A stretch of 64,000 bases of DNA, taken from Candidatus Poribacteria bacterium. Its GTDB lineage: Bacteria > Poribacteria > WGA-4E > PCPOR2b. A model generated the notes under the pieces. That model made no database searches, was not told where the DNA came from, and saw only the letters and a list, made by a program, of their open reading frames with translations. Shown here one piece after another: positions 1 through 10,553 of the stretch (position 1 is the stretch's first letter; each line of letters opens with the position of its first letter). A program made the translations under genes and the position numbers. The stretch lies in NCBI GenBank assembly GCA_965208675.1, contig OZ242351.1, positions 2,848,001-2,912,000 on the forward strand, read 5' to 3'.

Positions 1-1510
1 CGAAATTCGGTTGTGGGACGTTGCTACAGGCGAACTTCTCCGGACGTTCGAGCCGGAAAGAAGTGGCGTCAATGGCATCGCATTCAGCCCGGATGGCATA
101 ACGCTTGCCAGTGGGATTTGGGAAGATATTCATCTGTGGGACACTGCTTCGGGCGAACTCATCCGAACGCTCAACGGACATACGAGTTGGGTCAATAGCG
201 TTGCGTTCAATCCTGATGGACGCACTATCACCAGTCACAGCCGCAACGGCGCCATCCGAATGTGGGACGTTACCTCGGGCAGCCACATCGGAACGCTCAA
301 CGGGCATACGAGTTCGCTCAGGAGCATCGCGCTCGCCCCTGACGGCGCGACGCTCGCTGGCGGGAGTGATGTCGGAACCGTATGGCTATGGGACGCTGAG
401 GCTGGCGAACTCCTGCGTACGCTCCAGGCACATAGCGATTCTATCAATAGTGTCGCATTTAGCTCAGATGGTACAACGCTCGCTAGCGGGAGTGATGACA
501 GTACTGTACGGCTGTTAGACATTGCCGCTGGCAAACATTTAAGAACGCTCAGCGAGCATAAATTAAGAGTCAATAGCGTCGCATTCAGCCCAGATGGTGA
601 CAGAATCGTCAGCGGAGGTTATGACAGTCGGGCGCGACTTTGGGACGCTGACACAGGCAACTACCTGCTAACTTTCGACGAACATACAGGTTCCGTCAAT
701 AGCGTCGCATTCCACCCAAATGGGCGCACTGTTGCCAGTGCGGGGCACGACAGTTTCATCCGCCTGTGGGACGCTGACACGGGCAAGCAGTTAAAAACGC
801 TCGAAGGGCATACGGGTGCCGTCGGTAGTATCGCTTTTAGTCCTGACGGTGCAACGCTCGCTAGTGGGAGCTGGAAAGAGATTTTTCTGTGGGACACAGC
901 ATCGGGCGAACTACTGCAAATACTCAGCGGACATACGAGTTCGGCCAGTAGCCTCGCCTTCAGCCCGAATGGCAATACGCTCGCTGGCGGAAACTCGGAA
1001 GAGATATACTTGTGGGACGTTGCCACAGGCAACCACCTGCGAACACTCGCCGGGCATGCGAGGTCGGTCAGTAGTGTCGCTTTCAACCATGATGGTGACA
1101 CCCTCGCTAGTGCGAGTTGGGATGGCACCGTGTTGCTGTGGGAAATCACCGCATCAACCGGTGTTGGGATTTCGGTGGAACCGTTGGAAAGCCGCATCAC
1201 GACGTTGGGAAACATCAAACGCACGGCGCTGCTGCAGAATTATCCAAATCCGTTCAACCCCGAAACCTGGATACCTTATCAGTTGGAACAAGACGCTTCC
1301 GTCACCTTAACCATCTATGACCAGAGCGGCCATATCGTCCGCACCCTCGACATTGGAAATCAAGTTTCAGGAGTCTACCGAGCCAAATCAGAAGCGGCGT
1401 ATTGGGACGGCCGCAACCAAAACGGAGAGCCCGTCACCAGCGGCGCATATTTCTATCAACTCCGGGCAGATAATTACACCGAGTTACGGCGGATGGTGAT
1501 CGTCAAGTAG
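1..1510 (+). CDS. WD40-repeat protein with C-terminal FlgD-Ig/T9SS-CTD-like domain (5' partial)
   Basis: Frame open from base 2; 9 visible GH..V.SVAF(S)PDG..LASG...I.LWD repeats; ends VEPLESRITTLGNIK-RTALLQNYPNPFNPETWIPYQL...RRMVIVK. Confidence 0.93.
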   Translation, partial: EIRLWDVATGELLRTFEPERSGVNGIAFSPDGITLASGIWEDIHLWDTASGELIRTLNGHTSWVNSVAFNPDGRTITSHSRNGAIRMWDVTSGSHIGTLNGHTSSLRSIALAPDGATLAGGSDVGTVWLWDAEAGELLRTLQAHSDSINSVAFSSDGTTLASGSDDSTVRLLDIAAGKHLRTLSEHKLRVNSVAFSPDGDRIVSGGYDSRARLWDADTGNYLLTFDEHTGSVNSVAFHPNGRTVASAGHDSFIRLWDADTGKQLKTLEGHTGAVGSIAFSPDGATLASGSWKEIFLWDTASGELLQILSGHTSSASSLAFSPNGNTLAGGNSEEIYLWDVATGNHLRTLAGHARSVSSVAFNHDGDTLASASWDGTVLLWEITASTGVGISVEPLESRITTLGNIKRTALLQNYPNPFNPETWIPYQLEQDASVTLTIYDQSGHIVRTLDIGNQVSGVYRAKSEAAYWDGRNQNGEPVTSGAYFYQLRADNYTELRRMVIVK

Positions 1511-1611
1511 CGACAAAAAATTGCAGCGAATTCGAGTTATTTATAAATCTTGTTTCTACAACTACTAGGGACGAGATAATTAAAGATTTTCAAACATGAA
1601 GAGTAATTGCT

Positions 1612-3801
1612 ATGAAGACAACGTGGGTTTTCAACATTAGCCTATTGTTCGCTTCGGCTCTATGTTTGCCGCACAGTCACGCCCAAGATTCTCCGCAATG
1701 GGGTCTGCCCGATGGCGCTAAAGCCCGCCTCGGCAAAGGTGTGATAAATGAAATACAGTATTCGCCCGACGGCACCCGCCTTGCGGTGGCTAGCGGTATC
1801 GGTATTTGGCTTTACGATACGGCGACCCATCAAGAGGTCGCCCTACTCGCCCCGAATATGTATGTCGAAAGCGTTGCGTATAGTCCGGATGGACGCACCA
1901 TCGCTAGTGAGAGTCGGGACAATACCATCCAGCTTTGGGACGCTGATACGGGGGACCTCCGGCTAACGATCAACGTATCGGGTTTGGTCAATAACATCGC
2001 GTTCAGTCCCGATGGACGTACACTCGCTAGTGGGAGCGGGGACACTATTCGATTGTGGGACACAGATACCGGAAATCACCATCGAACACTCACCGGAAAT
2101 ATGGGTTCCATCTATAGTATAGCTTTCAGTCCCGATGGCAGCACCGTCGCTAGCGGGGGTAGAGACACCACAATCCGCTTGTGGGACGCCGACACGGGAA
2201 ATCTCCGGCGTACGATCGAAGGGCATTCCAGTTACATCTATAGCGTTGGGTTCAGTCCCGATAGCAGCACCATCGCTAGTGGGAGTAGAGACACTACCAT
2301 TCGACTGTGGAACGCTGATACAGGAAATCTTCGTCAAACGATTGACGCATCGGGTTCGGTCGAAAGCATAACGTTCAGTCCCGATGGACGAACCATCGCT
2401 AGTAGGAGTAGAGACACTACCATTCGACTGTGGAACGCTGATACAGGAAATCTTCGTCAAACGATTGACGCATCGGGTTCGGTCGAAAGCATAGTGTTCA
2501 GTCCCAATGGCAGCACCATCGCTAGCGGGGGTAGAGACACCACAATCCGCTTGTGGGACGCTAATACGGGAAATCTCCGGTTCACGATTGGTGGACATAC
2601 AGGCTGGGTCGAAAGCGTCGCCTTCAGTCCCGATGGACGAACCATCGCTAGCAGTAGTGGCAATACCATCAGTCTATGGGATAGTGATAGGGGAAACCTT
2701 CGGCGTACGATCGCAGGACATACGGGTTGGATCGAAAGCGTCGCCTTCAGTCCCGATGGATTCACTCTCGCTAGCAGTGGTGGCAATACCATCCGCCTAT
2801 GGGACGCTAATACGGGAGAACACCTGCGAACCCTCAACAAATATGCGTTTGGTTTGGAGGACTCCAGTGTCGCTTTTAGTCCCGATGGACGCACTATTGC
2901 CAGTAGTAGTAGGGGAAATAACTTTCATCTGTGGGACACCGATACGGGAAAACTTCGGCGTACAGTTGCAACCGCAGGACATTCGGGTTGGGTCAATAGC
3001 GTCGCTTTCAGCCCTAATGGAAACACACTCGCAACTGGCGGTGGCAATACCATCCGCCTATGGGATGCTGATACGGGAAAACTTCGGCGTACAATCGCAG
3101 GGGCGGGTTCGGTCGATAGTGTAACCTTCAGTTTCGATGGACGAACCATCGCTAGCGGAGGTGGTGACGATACCATCCGACTGTGGGACGCTGATACGGG
3201 AAACCTCCGGCGAACAATCCCCGGATCGGGATCGGTCAAAAGCGTCGTCTTCAGTCCCGATGGACACACACTCGCGAGTGTATGGAGTTGGGACGGTTCC
3301 ATCCGCCTATGGGACGCTCGTACAGGAAAACTCCGGCGAACGATTACAGTACACACAAGCTCGGTCAATAGCGTCGCTTTCAGTCCCGACGGATACACGC
3401 TCGCTAGCGCGAGTTGGGACGGCACCGTGTTGCTGTGGGAACTTTCGTCCTCTATCGGAGTTGGGGTGGAACCGTTGGGAAGACACCTGACCACCATGGG
3501 AAACATCAAACGGACGGCGTTGCTGCAAAATTATCCAAATCCGTTCAACCCCGAAACTTGGATACCGTATCAGTTGGAAAAAGATGCTTTGGTCACCTTA
3601 ACCATCTATGACCAGGGCGGTCATATCGTCCGTTTTCTCGACATTGGACGTCAGGATTCAGGAGTCTACCGAGATAAAGCAGATGCGGCGTGTTGGGATG
3701 GCCGCAACCAAAACGGAGAACCTGTAACCAGCGGCACTTATTACTATCAACTCCGTGCGGGCGACTATACCGCGTTACGGCGAATGGTAATCGTTAAATA
3801 G
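1612..3801 (+). CDS. Secreted WD40-repeat protein (14 repeats) with C-terminal FlgD-Ig-like domain
   Basis: Signal peptide ending SHA-QD; N-cap GLPDGAKARLGKG; 14 SPDG-type repeats; NYPNPFNPETW CTD. Confidence 0.95.
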   Translation: MKTTWVFNISLLFASALCLPHSHAQDSPQWGLPDGAKARLGKGVINEIQYSPDGTRLAVASGIGIWLYDTATHQEVALLAPNMYVESVAYSPDGRTIASESRDNTIQLWDADTGDLRLTINVSGLVNNIAFSPDGRTLASGSGDTIRLWDTDTGNHHRTLTGNMGSIYSIAFSPDGSTVASGGRDTTIRLWDADTGNLRRTIEGHSSYIYSVGFSPDSSTIASGSRDTTIRLWNADTGNLRQTIDASGSVESITFSPDGRTIASRSRDTTIRLWNADTGNLRQTIDASGSVESIVFSPNGSTIASGGRDTTIRLWDANTGNLRFTIGGHTGWVESVAFSPDGRTIASSSGNTISLWDSDRGNLRRTIAGHTGWIESVAFSPDGFTLASSGGNTIRLWDANTGEHLRTLNKYAFGLEDSSVAFSPDGRTIASSSRGNNFHLWDTDTGKLRRTVATAGHSGWVNSVAFSPNGNTLATGGGNTIRLWDADTGKLRRTIAGAGSVDSVTFSFDGRTIASGGGDDTIRLWDADTGNLRRTIPGSGSVKSVVFSPDGHTLASVWSWDGSIRLWDARTGKLRRTITVHTSSVNSVAFSPDGYTLASASWDGTVLLWELSSSIGVGVEPLGRHLTTMGNIKRTALLQNYPNPFNPETWIPYQLEKDALVTLTIYDQGGHIVRFLDIGRQDSGVYRDKADAACWDGRNQNGEPVTSGTYYYQLRAGDYTALRRMVIVK
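2282..2493 (+). repeat. Intragenic 123-bp-period duplication of one WD40 blade (89 bp identical: 2282-2370 = 2405-2493)
   Basis: ggagtagagacactaccattcgactgtggaacgctgatacaggaaatcttcgtcaaacgattgacgcatcgggttcggtcgaaagcata occurs twice. Confidence 0.95.
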
Positions 3802-3908
3802 TACCGTACAATTAATGTGAGAAACCGAACTTTTCTAAAAACTGGAATCTGAGGTTACGACGTGCGATTTAAATTAAATTCGACACCCAAACATGGAGGG
3901 TTATTGCA

Positions 3909-6128
3909 ATGAAGAAAGCGGTGATTATTAAGCTAAGCTTATTGCTCGTTTCCGCTCTATGTTTGGCTCACAGCTTCGCCCAAGATGCTTCGCCATGGGG
4001 GCTGCCCGAGGGTGCTAAATCGAGAATCGGCAAAGGTTGGATAAATGAGATTCAGTATTCACCCGACGGCACTCGACTTGCGGTCGCCGGCAGTATCGGT
4101 GTTTGGCTTTATGATACCGCGGCCCATCAAGAGGTCGCTCTGCTCGCTGGGCATACAGATTGGGTGCATAGCGTTGCCTTCAGCCCCGATGGACGTACAA
4201 TCGCCAGTGGAAGCAAGGACGGAACCATCCGACTGTGGGACGGCGATAGGGGAAGTCATTTACGAACACTCCACGGACATAAGGATTCGGTCAATAGCGT
4301 TGCCTTCAGTCCCGATGGACGCACGATCGCTAGTGGGAGTAGGGACAATACAATCAGACTGTGGGCGGCCCATATCGGAGAACACCGACGAACCCTTACC
4401 GGGCATAAACGTGAGGTCAACAGCGTTGTGTTCAGTCACAACGGACGTACCATCGCTAGCGGGAGCGAGGACGGCACCATCAGCCTATGGGACGCTGACA
4501 CGGGAAATCACCAACAGACGATTGTCATGAATAAATCTGGCGTCGAAGGCGTTGCATTCAGTCCCGATGGGCGTGTCATTGCTAGTGAAGGAAGTACCAC
4601 TATCCGGCTGTGGGACGTTGACACCGGAAAACTCCTGCGAACACTCTTCGGATCGGGAAACGTTGCGTTCAGTCCCGATGGCCGCACAATCGCTAGTGGC
4701 GGGAGTTGGGACGGTACCATGTATCTCTGGAACACAGATACAGGAGAACTCCTGCGAACACTCTTTGGGCATACAGCTACGGTCCACAGCGTTGCGTTTA
4801 GTCCAAACGGGCGCACCATCGCTAGCGGGAGCGGCGACAACACCATCCGTCTATGGAACCCTGATACGGGAAATCACCAGCGAACGCTCACAAAACCGGG
4901 CGTGGTCAATAGCGTCGCGTTTAGCCCAAATGGACGAACCATCGCTAGCGGGAGCGGTGACAACGCCATCCGTCTATGGAACCCTGATACGGGAAATTTC
5001 CAGCAAACGCTCACAGGGCATACGGATTGGGTCTATAGCGTCGCTTTCAGTCCAGATGGAAATACTCTCGCTAGTGGGAGTTGGGACAATACCATCCGCT
5101 TATGGGAGGCAGATACAGGAAAACATCTACGTACACTAGATGAGCATACGGGTTCTGTCAACAGCGTCGCTTTCAGTCCTGATGGACTAATACTCGCTAG
5201 CGGGAGCGGTGACAAGACTATTCAATTATGGAACGCGGTTACTGGAGAACATCAGCGTACACTTACTGGTCATACGGATTGGGTCTATAGCGTTGCTTTC
5301 AGTCCCGATGGACGAACAATCGCTAGTGGCAGCGGTGACAAGACCATCCGATTGTGGGACGCTGATACCGGAAATTACCGGCGAACGCTCGATGGGCACA
5401 CGCGCTGGGTCTTTAGCGTCGCTTTCAGTCCCGATGGACGAACAATCGCTAGCGGCAGCGGTGACGACACCATCCGTTTATGGGATGTGGATACGGGACA
5501 ACCGCTGCGAACCCTCAAAGGACATACGGTTCCTGTCGAAAGCGTCGCTTTTAGTCCCGATGGACGTACAATCGCTAGTGGAAGTACCGATAATACAATT
5601 CGGCTTTGGGACACCGATACGGGTGAACTGGTGCGTACTACGCTCACAGGATATTCGGACTGGGTCTATAGTGTCGCGTTCAGTCCCGATGGACGCACAA
5701 TCGCGAGTGGCGGGATTCGGGAAATCGGTTGGAGTTGGGAAGGCACCGTGTTGCTGTGGGAACTTCCCGCTTCTAGCGGCGTTGGGGTCGGTGTGGAGCC
5801 ATTGGCAAAACTTACCACCATACTCGGAAACATCAAACGGACGGCGCTGCTGCAGAATTATCCGAACCCCTTCAACCCCGAAACCTAGATACCTTATCAG
5901 TTGGAACAAGATGCTTACGTCACCTTAACCATCTATGACCAGAGCGGTAATGTCGTCCGCATCCTTGACATTGGACATCAAAAACCGGGAGTCTACCGAG
6001 ACAAATCAGAAGCGGCGTATTGGGATGGCCGCAACCAATACGGAAAACCCGTAACCAGCGGCGCATATTTTTATCAGTTCCGGACAAATGATTACACCGA
6101 GTTACGGCAGATGGTAATCGTCAAGTAG
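3909..6128 (+). pseudogene. Secreted 14-repeat WD40 protein whose C-terminal FlgD-Ig-like domain is interrupted by an in-frame TAG at 5886-5888
   Basis: GGAGG RBS; signal peptide; paralogs read gaa acc/act TGG ata, here gaa acc TAG ata; frame continues IPYQLEQDAYVTL...RQMVIVK to 6128. The propeller part (3909-5888) may still be expressed. Confidence 0.8.
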
Positions 6129-6194
6129 GAGATTGACGTGTTCACTGACTATTCTGCCGATTACGTTATTAATGTTGCAGTCTACAGAACTATA

Positions 6195-8414
6195 ATGAAA
6201 ACAGTTTCCACGTTAATTTTCTGTCTGACGTTAACTTCAGTTGTTATTGCCGAACTCAGCCCCATCGGTTCATTGGGAAATGGCGAACTCCGGGAAATTA
6301 CCTTCCTGCCAGATGGGAGAATTCTGCGCGTTCTTTCTAACCGTATTGAGTTAGCCGACCCAAATACTGGGGAAACTATAGAACGCTTTGCTGACAGAAC
6401 AGTGTCTATGGGGAATGTCACCGTCAGCAGAGACAGCTTGAAGTTAGCAATTGTACGGACAAAACGCTTTCCTTCGCAAACTGCGATAGAAATATGGGAG
6501 TTGGCATCACAACAAAAAATCCTTCAACGCACGATCCCGCTGACCCTTTATCACACAGCATTGAGCCCAGATCTAATGGTTTTTGCTGGTCACGATAAGG
6601 GCATCATTCGCCTCTGGAGTACGGAAACTGGAAAATCCATCGGCGAGATTAAATGGACGGATCAACCGAGCTTTGTCCGGCTAGCGTTCAACCCAGATGG
6701 GAGGCAACTTCTCTCTATCAATTCTTATATCTTCCGTGAGCTTCCCGGAGGAAACGACCTTTGGGAAGCGGCAATCGACGCCTGGGATATTGCTTCTCGT
6801 CAACGCTTGTGGAGCTACACAAGAACTATTAGGGTAATACGTGCGATATACAGTCCTGATGGTCGTTGGATTGTTATGGCTGACACCAATGATCGGATTC
6901 AGTTTTGGGACGCGAAGCTAGGGACGCAACAGCTTGTTTTGCACGTCACAGGTAATGTGCAAAAAATGCGATTCAGTCCCGATAGCAAGAGGATTTACAT
7001 TGCATCCGGCACAAGCGGTTACCCAAGGCAACCCAATCGGGTAAGCATCTGGGATATCGAAACCGGTGAACAACTCAAGGAATTGGGCGACGAGACACTT
7101 GGCATTGAGGGGCTTACTATTTCGCCCGATGAAACACAAGCGGTGCTCTGGTATTACAATGGCTTTGTCACGGTATGGGACATCCAACAACGCCGACGTC
7201 TCGCGCTCCGAACCGATTACGTTTCCCCTAGATGGGGATCTGTTACGCCGGATGGGCACTACCTCGTCGATGGATTGAGCGCTGCCCTCACAATCTGGAA
7301 TCTCCGTACACAAACGCTCCGGGCAACAATCTTCCCTGACGAGTATGTTTTTCGTCATGTTGCGATGTCGCTGCACGGACAGTATTTCGCTGTAGGTCAT
7401 GACCCGTGGATAGAGATACGGCAGACCCGAGGCGGTCGGATCGTCTCAAAGGTCCCAAATACAGTTGGATCGACACCCTACGTTTTCAGTAACGATGGCA
7501 GGCGGCTTGCCGTAGGCCAGCATAGCAGTGTAGTCATTTACAATCTTCACAACCCTGATAAACGGGAAGAACTGTTGCCAAAGGAACAAGCTTACATCTC
7601 AGAGCGTCATATCGTTTTCAGCCCGGACGACCGCTATCTGGCGGTATCGGATTGGGACAACGAGGTGCATCTGTGGGAAAATAACAAGGACAGATATGTC
7701 CATCGCTATTCGTGGCAAATTCCGACATCTCAGATTGACGACATCGCATTTGAGCCGAAATCGACGAATCCTGCCCTAGTTGTTATCGGAAATGGGGATG
7801 AGTTACAGGTGTGGGAACTTGGAGACACCGCCCCGAAGCAATCAATGCGTTTCGATGCCTCCGCTCCAATCCATTTTGTACGCGGCGGTGCTGAGTCTCT
7901 CCATCTGCAAAGGGATTACCTGTTTGTTAATCACGGGGGAAAACTTCAGATTTGGGATTGGGCAACCAAAACACCCGTCACAGTACCTGAAATACCACGC
8001 TACTTTGCTGCTAATCGGGATGGTTCCGTTGTGATAACCCGGGATAGCGTTGCTGACGAAACACAAATCTGGAACGTTCGAAGTCTGCTTTTTCCCAAAC
8101 CCGTTCTCTTTGGAGAAGTCAAACGAACCACGATCTTGGCAAATTTCCCGAATCCGCTCAATCCTGACACGTGGATTCCGTACCAACTCGCAGAATCTGC
8201 AAATGTGCAAATTCAAATTTATGATGTTGCGGGGCATCTGGTACGGACGTTAAATTTGGGCATGAAACTCGCGGGGAGTTATCTCTCACGAGAAAGTGCG
8301 GCCTATTGGGACGGCCGTAATAATATTGGCGAGGCGGTCGGCAGCGGGGCATACTTCTACACGCTGGAAACGGGTGATTACCGGACTACGAGGCGTCTGA
8401 CCGTTGTGAAATAG
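6195..8414 (+). CDS. Secreted divergent WD40/beta-propeller protein with C-terminal FlgD-Ig-like domain
   Basis: ATG 6195 gives signal peptide MKTVSTLIFCLTLTSVVIA; degenerate FSPD/IWD repeats; ANFPNPLNPDTWIPYQL CTD; paralog of 11690-13996. Confidence 0.88.
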   Translation: MKTVSTLIFCLTLTSVVIAELSPIGSLGNGELREITFLPDGRILRVLSNRIELADPNTGETIERFADRTVSMGNVTVSRDSLKLAIVRTKRFPSQTAIEIWELASQQKILQRTIPLTLYHTALSPDLMVFAGHDKGIIRLWSTETGKSIGEIKWTDQPSFVRLAFNPDGRQLLSINSYIFRELPGGNDLWEAAIDAWDIASRQRLWSYTRTIRVIRAIYSPDGRWIVMADTNDRIQFWDAKLGTQQLVLHVTGNVQKMRFSPDSKRIYIASGTSGYPRQPNRVSIWDIETGEQLKELGDETLGIEGLTISPDETQAVLWYYNGFVTVWDIQQRRRLALRTDYVSPRWGSVTPDGHYLVDGLSAALTIWNLRTQTLRATIFPDEYVFRHVAMSLHGQYFAVGHDPWIEIRQTRGGRIVSKVPNTVGSTPYVFSNDGRRLAVGQHSSVVIYNLHNPDKREELLPKEQAYISERHIVFSPDDRYLAVSDWDNEVHLWENNKDRYVHRYSWQIPTSQIDDIAFEPKSTNPALVVIGNGDELQVWELGDTAPKQSMRFDASAPIHFVRGGAESLHLQRDYLFVNHGGKLQIWDWATKTPVTVPEIPRYFAANRDGSVVITRDSVADETQIWNVRSLLFPKPVLFGEVKRTTILANFPNPLNPDTWIPYQLAESANVQIQIYDVAGHLVRTLNLGMKLAGSYLSRESAAYWDGRNNIGEAVGSGAYFYTLETGDYRTTRRLTVVK

Positions 8415-8468
8415 GATTGCTCCTCAAATCGCCGCCGCCAACAAACATCAATCGACCTTAATGCCGAT

Positions 8469-10520
8469 ATGTTAAAGCGTTACTTTAAACAGATCGCGCT
8501 TGCCGTAATTTTAATCAGCAATCCATTGCTGCCGGTTTTTCTCGGAGTTGCCCTAAGCGATCAGGCCGATTCAGAACTGACCGATGCGAAACCTGTTGAA
8601 CTCGACGAGATCGTCGTGACACCCGGCCGGTTTGCGATCGGTGACGATACACCGTCAAGGATATCCCTCTCAAAACGGCTCATTGAACGCTTTCCGCTGG
8701 TTGATAACGACGTGATGCGGGCTGCACATGTATTCCCTGGAGTCGTTGCGAGCGATTACAGCGCGCGATTCAGTGTGCGGGGCGGCGAAAAGGACGACGT
8801 TTTGGTGCGGTTAGACGGGATGGAGCTCTTCAATCCGTACCACCTACAAGACTTTGGCGGCGCAGTTTCACTGGTTGGGCTAGATTTAATTCAACGCGTC
8901 GAACTGTGGATGGGCGGCTTCCCCGCGGAATACGGGGACAAAATGTCAGGCGTGTTCGACATCACAACAAAGTCCAAAAAAATTGAGAAGGTGTCCGCCA
9001 ATTTCGGCGTCGACCTTATCAATACGACCGCGATGGTGGAAGGCCCCTTATCAGAAAAGGGGTCGTGGCGTTTGTCAGCACGCCGTGGCTACGTTGACCT
9101 GATTCTAGCGCTCATCGACCTTGAAGAGGATTACAAGCCTCAATATGCTGATGCCTACGCAAAACTCACCTATGCGCCGACACAGACGGACACAATCACC
9201 CTAAACGGGTTATACGGTTGGGACAAGAACCGGATTCGGCAAGATGACATCGAAAATAATTTAGATTCGAGATATGACAACTTGACCGTTTGGACGCGGT
9301 GGCAGCATCGCTTTGGTAACGCGAACTGGTCTGATGTATTCGTTTTTGGGGGAAACACAGCACAAGACCGGCGCACCGGAGCCGCGGACTTCGATGTACG
9401 CTCGTTCCGATTCTTGGGTGCAAAAACCGAATTTACAGCCGGCTTTCTGGATAAACACCTGTTTCGCAGCGGAATCGAATGGCGGTGGATGACAGCGCAA
9501 TACGATTACGATGTCCGCGAGCGGCAGTCCGGAGTAAACAATTATGCAAGGGTAGTTGCGGACCTAGAAGGCAGCGGTGGCGAACTGAAGGCGTACATAC
9601 AAGATGAGTGGCAGCTCCACGCGAAACTCGCGCTCAACTTTGGCGGGCGGTATATATTCCAAGACTATCGCGCTGCGGGTATCCAAAACTACGAACTAGG
9701 ACCCCGCGCCGCGCTTGCCGTTCGCCCAACAGAGAAGCTAGTGTTGCGCGGGGCGTGGGGGTTTTATCACCAACCCATCCGTTTGATGAATATCCCTGTC
9801 GAGGACGGCGTTCAGACTGTCGGGCGCGCTGAACAAGCGGTTCATTACATTCTCGGCGGCGAATACAGTCCAAGCGATAATTTCCTGTTCCGTTTGGAGT
9901 CGTATTCAAAAACATTGGACAATCTTGCTGGGCGGCTCAGGGAATTTGGCCGGCAGACCCAGATTTTCACGCCCCCCGAATCCGGGCAGGCAAAAGGGGT
10001 AGATATATTTGTCACGCACGCGGTTTCAAACCGGTTCACGTGGAGCATAGGCTATGCATACACGGTCGCCAAAGAAAGTGCAGGCGGCGAGACGTTTTTT
10101 CGTCAGTCTGACCGGCGGCATTCTATCGCTGTCAGCAGCAGTCATCAACTTTCGCGCGGGCGGCATCTCTATCTGACGTGGCGTTTCCATTCCGGCGAAC
10201 CGAGAACGCCGTTGACGCATTCGCTGGTCTCTCTGCCGGGGGGAAACATCGCCTGCGACCGGCAGTTCGGGGCGACGCATTCAGAGCGGATGCCGCCCTA
10301 TCACAGTCTCGATTTTCGGTTCACGGATCGGAATCCATACAGCCAGTGGGAACTCACCTGGTATTTCCAAATTTTAAATCTTTACAATCGAACTAACCTT
10401 GACCAGTATGCGTTCAGTGAGGTGCGCGACGAGGAAACGGGAACGCTCATCCGATGCGAAATTGATGAAGAGCCGATGCTGCCGATTCTGCCGACATTGG
10501 GCGTTATGGTCGCGTTTTAA
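8469..10520 (+). CDS. TonB-dependent outer-membrane receptor
   Basis: TonB box LDEIVVT; plug motifs FSVRGG, LDGMELFNPYH, GGFPAEYGDKMSGVFDI; ILNLYNRTN; C-terminal Phe. Confidence 0.9.
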   Translation: MLKRYFKQIALAVILISNPLLPVFLGVALSDQADSELTDAKPVELDEIVVTPGRFAIGDDTPSRISLSKRLIERFPLVDNDVMRAAHVFPGVVASDYSARFSVRGGEKDDVLVRLDGMELFNPYHLQDFGGAVSLVGLDLIQRVELWMGGFPAEYGDKMSGVFDITTKSKKIEKVSANFGVDLINTTAMVEGPLSEKGSWRLSARRGYVDLILALIDLEEDYKPQYADAYAKLTYAPTQTDTITLNGLYGWDKNRIRQDDIENNLDSRYDNLTVWTRWQHRFGNANWSDVFVFGGNTAQDRRTGAADFDVRSFRFLGAKTEFTAGFLDKHLFRSGIEWRWMTAQYDYDVRERQSGVNNYARVVADLEGSGGELKAYIQDEWQLHAKLALNFGGRYIFQDYRAAGIQNYELGPRAALAVRPTEKLVLRGAWGFYHQPIRLMNIPVEDGVQTVGRAEQAVHYILGGEYSPSDNFLFRLESYSKTLDNLAGRLREFGRQTQIFTPPESGQAKGVDIFVTHAVSNRFTWSIGYAYTVAKESAGGETFFRQSDRRHSIAVSSSHQLSRGRHLYLTWRFHSGEPRTPLTHSLVSLPGGNIACDRQFGATHSERMPPYHSLDFRFTDRNPYSQWELTWYFQILNLYNRTNLDQYAFSEVRDEETGTLIRCEIDEEPMLPILPTLGVMVAF

Positions 10521-10553
10521 TACGTCCTTTTCGATTACCAACTAAACAGAGAG

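Noticed and set aside
5886-5888. Pyrrolysine/amber recoding
   Set aside because: TAG terminates many genes here, the site is a conserved Trp one transition away, and no pyl genes or suppressor tRNA are visible.
105-5928. Many 100-240 aa alternative-frame and antisense ORFs over the WD40 genes (also 35630-36478)
   Set aside because: By-products of repetitive, codon-biased WD40 DNA; no independent RBS or family motifs.
1101-6128. Diversity-generating retroelement TR/VR pair among the similar C-terminal tracts
   Set aside because: No reverse transcriptase in the window; differences are not adenine-specific and all copies lie in paralogous genes.
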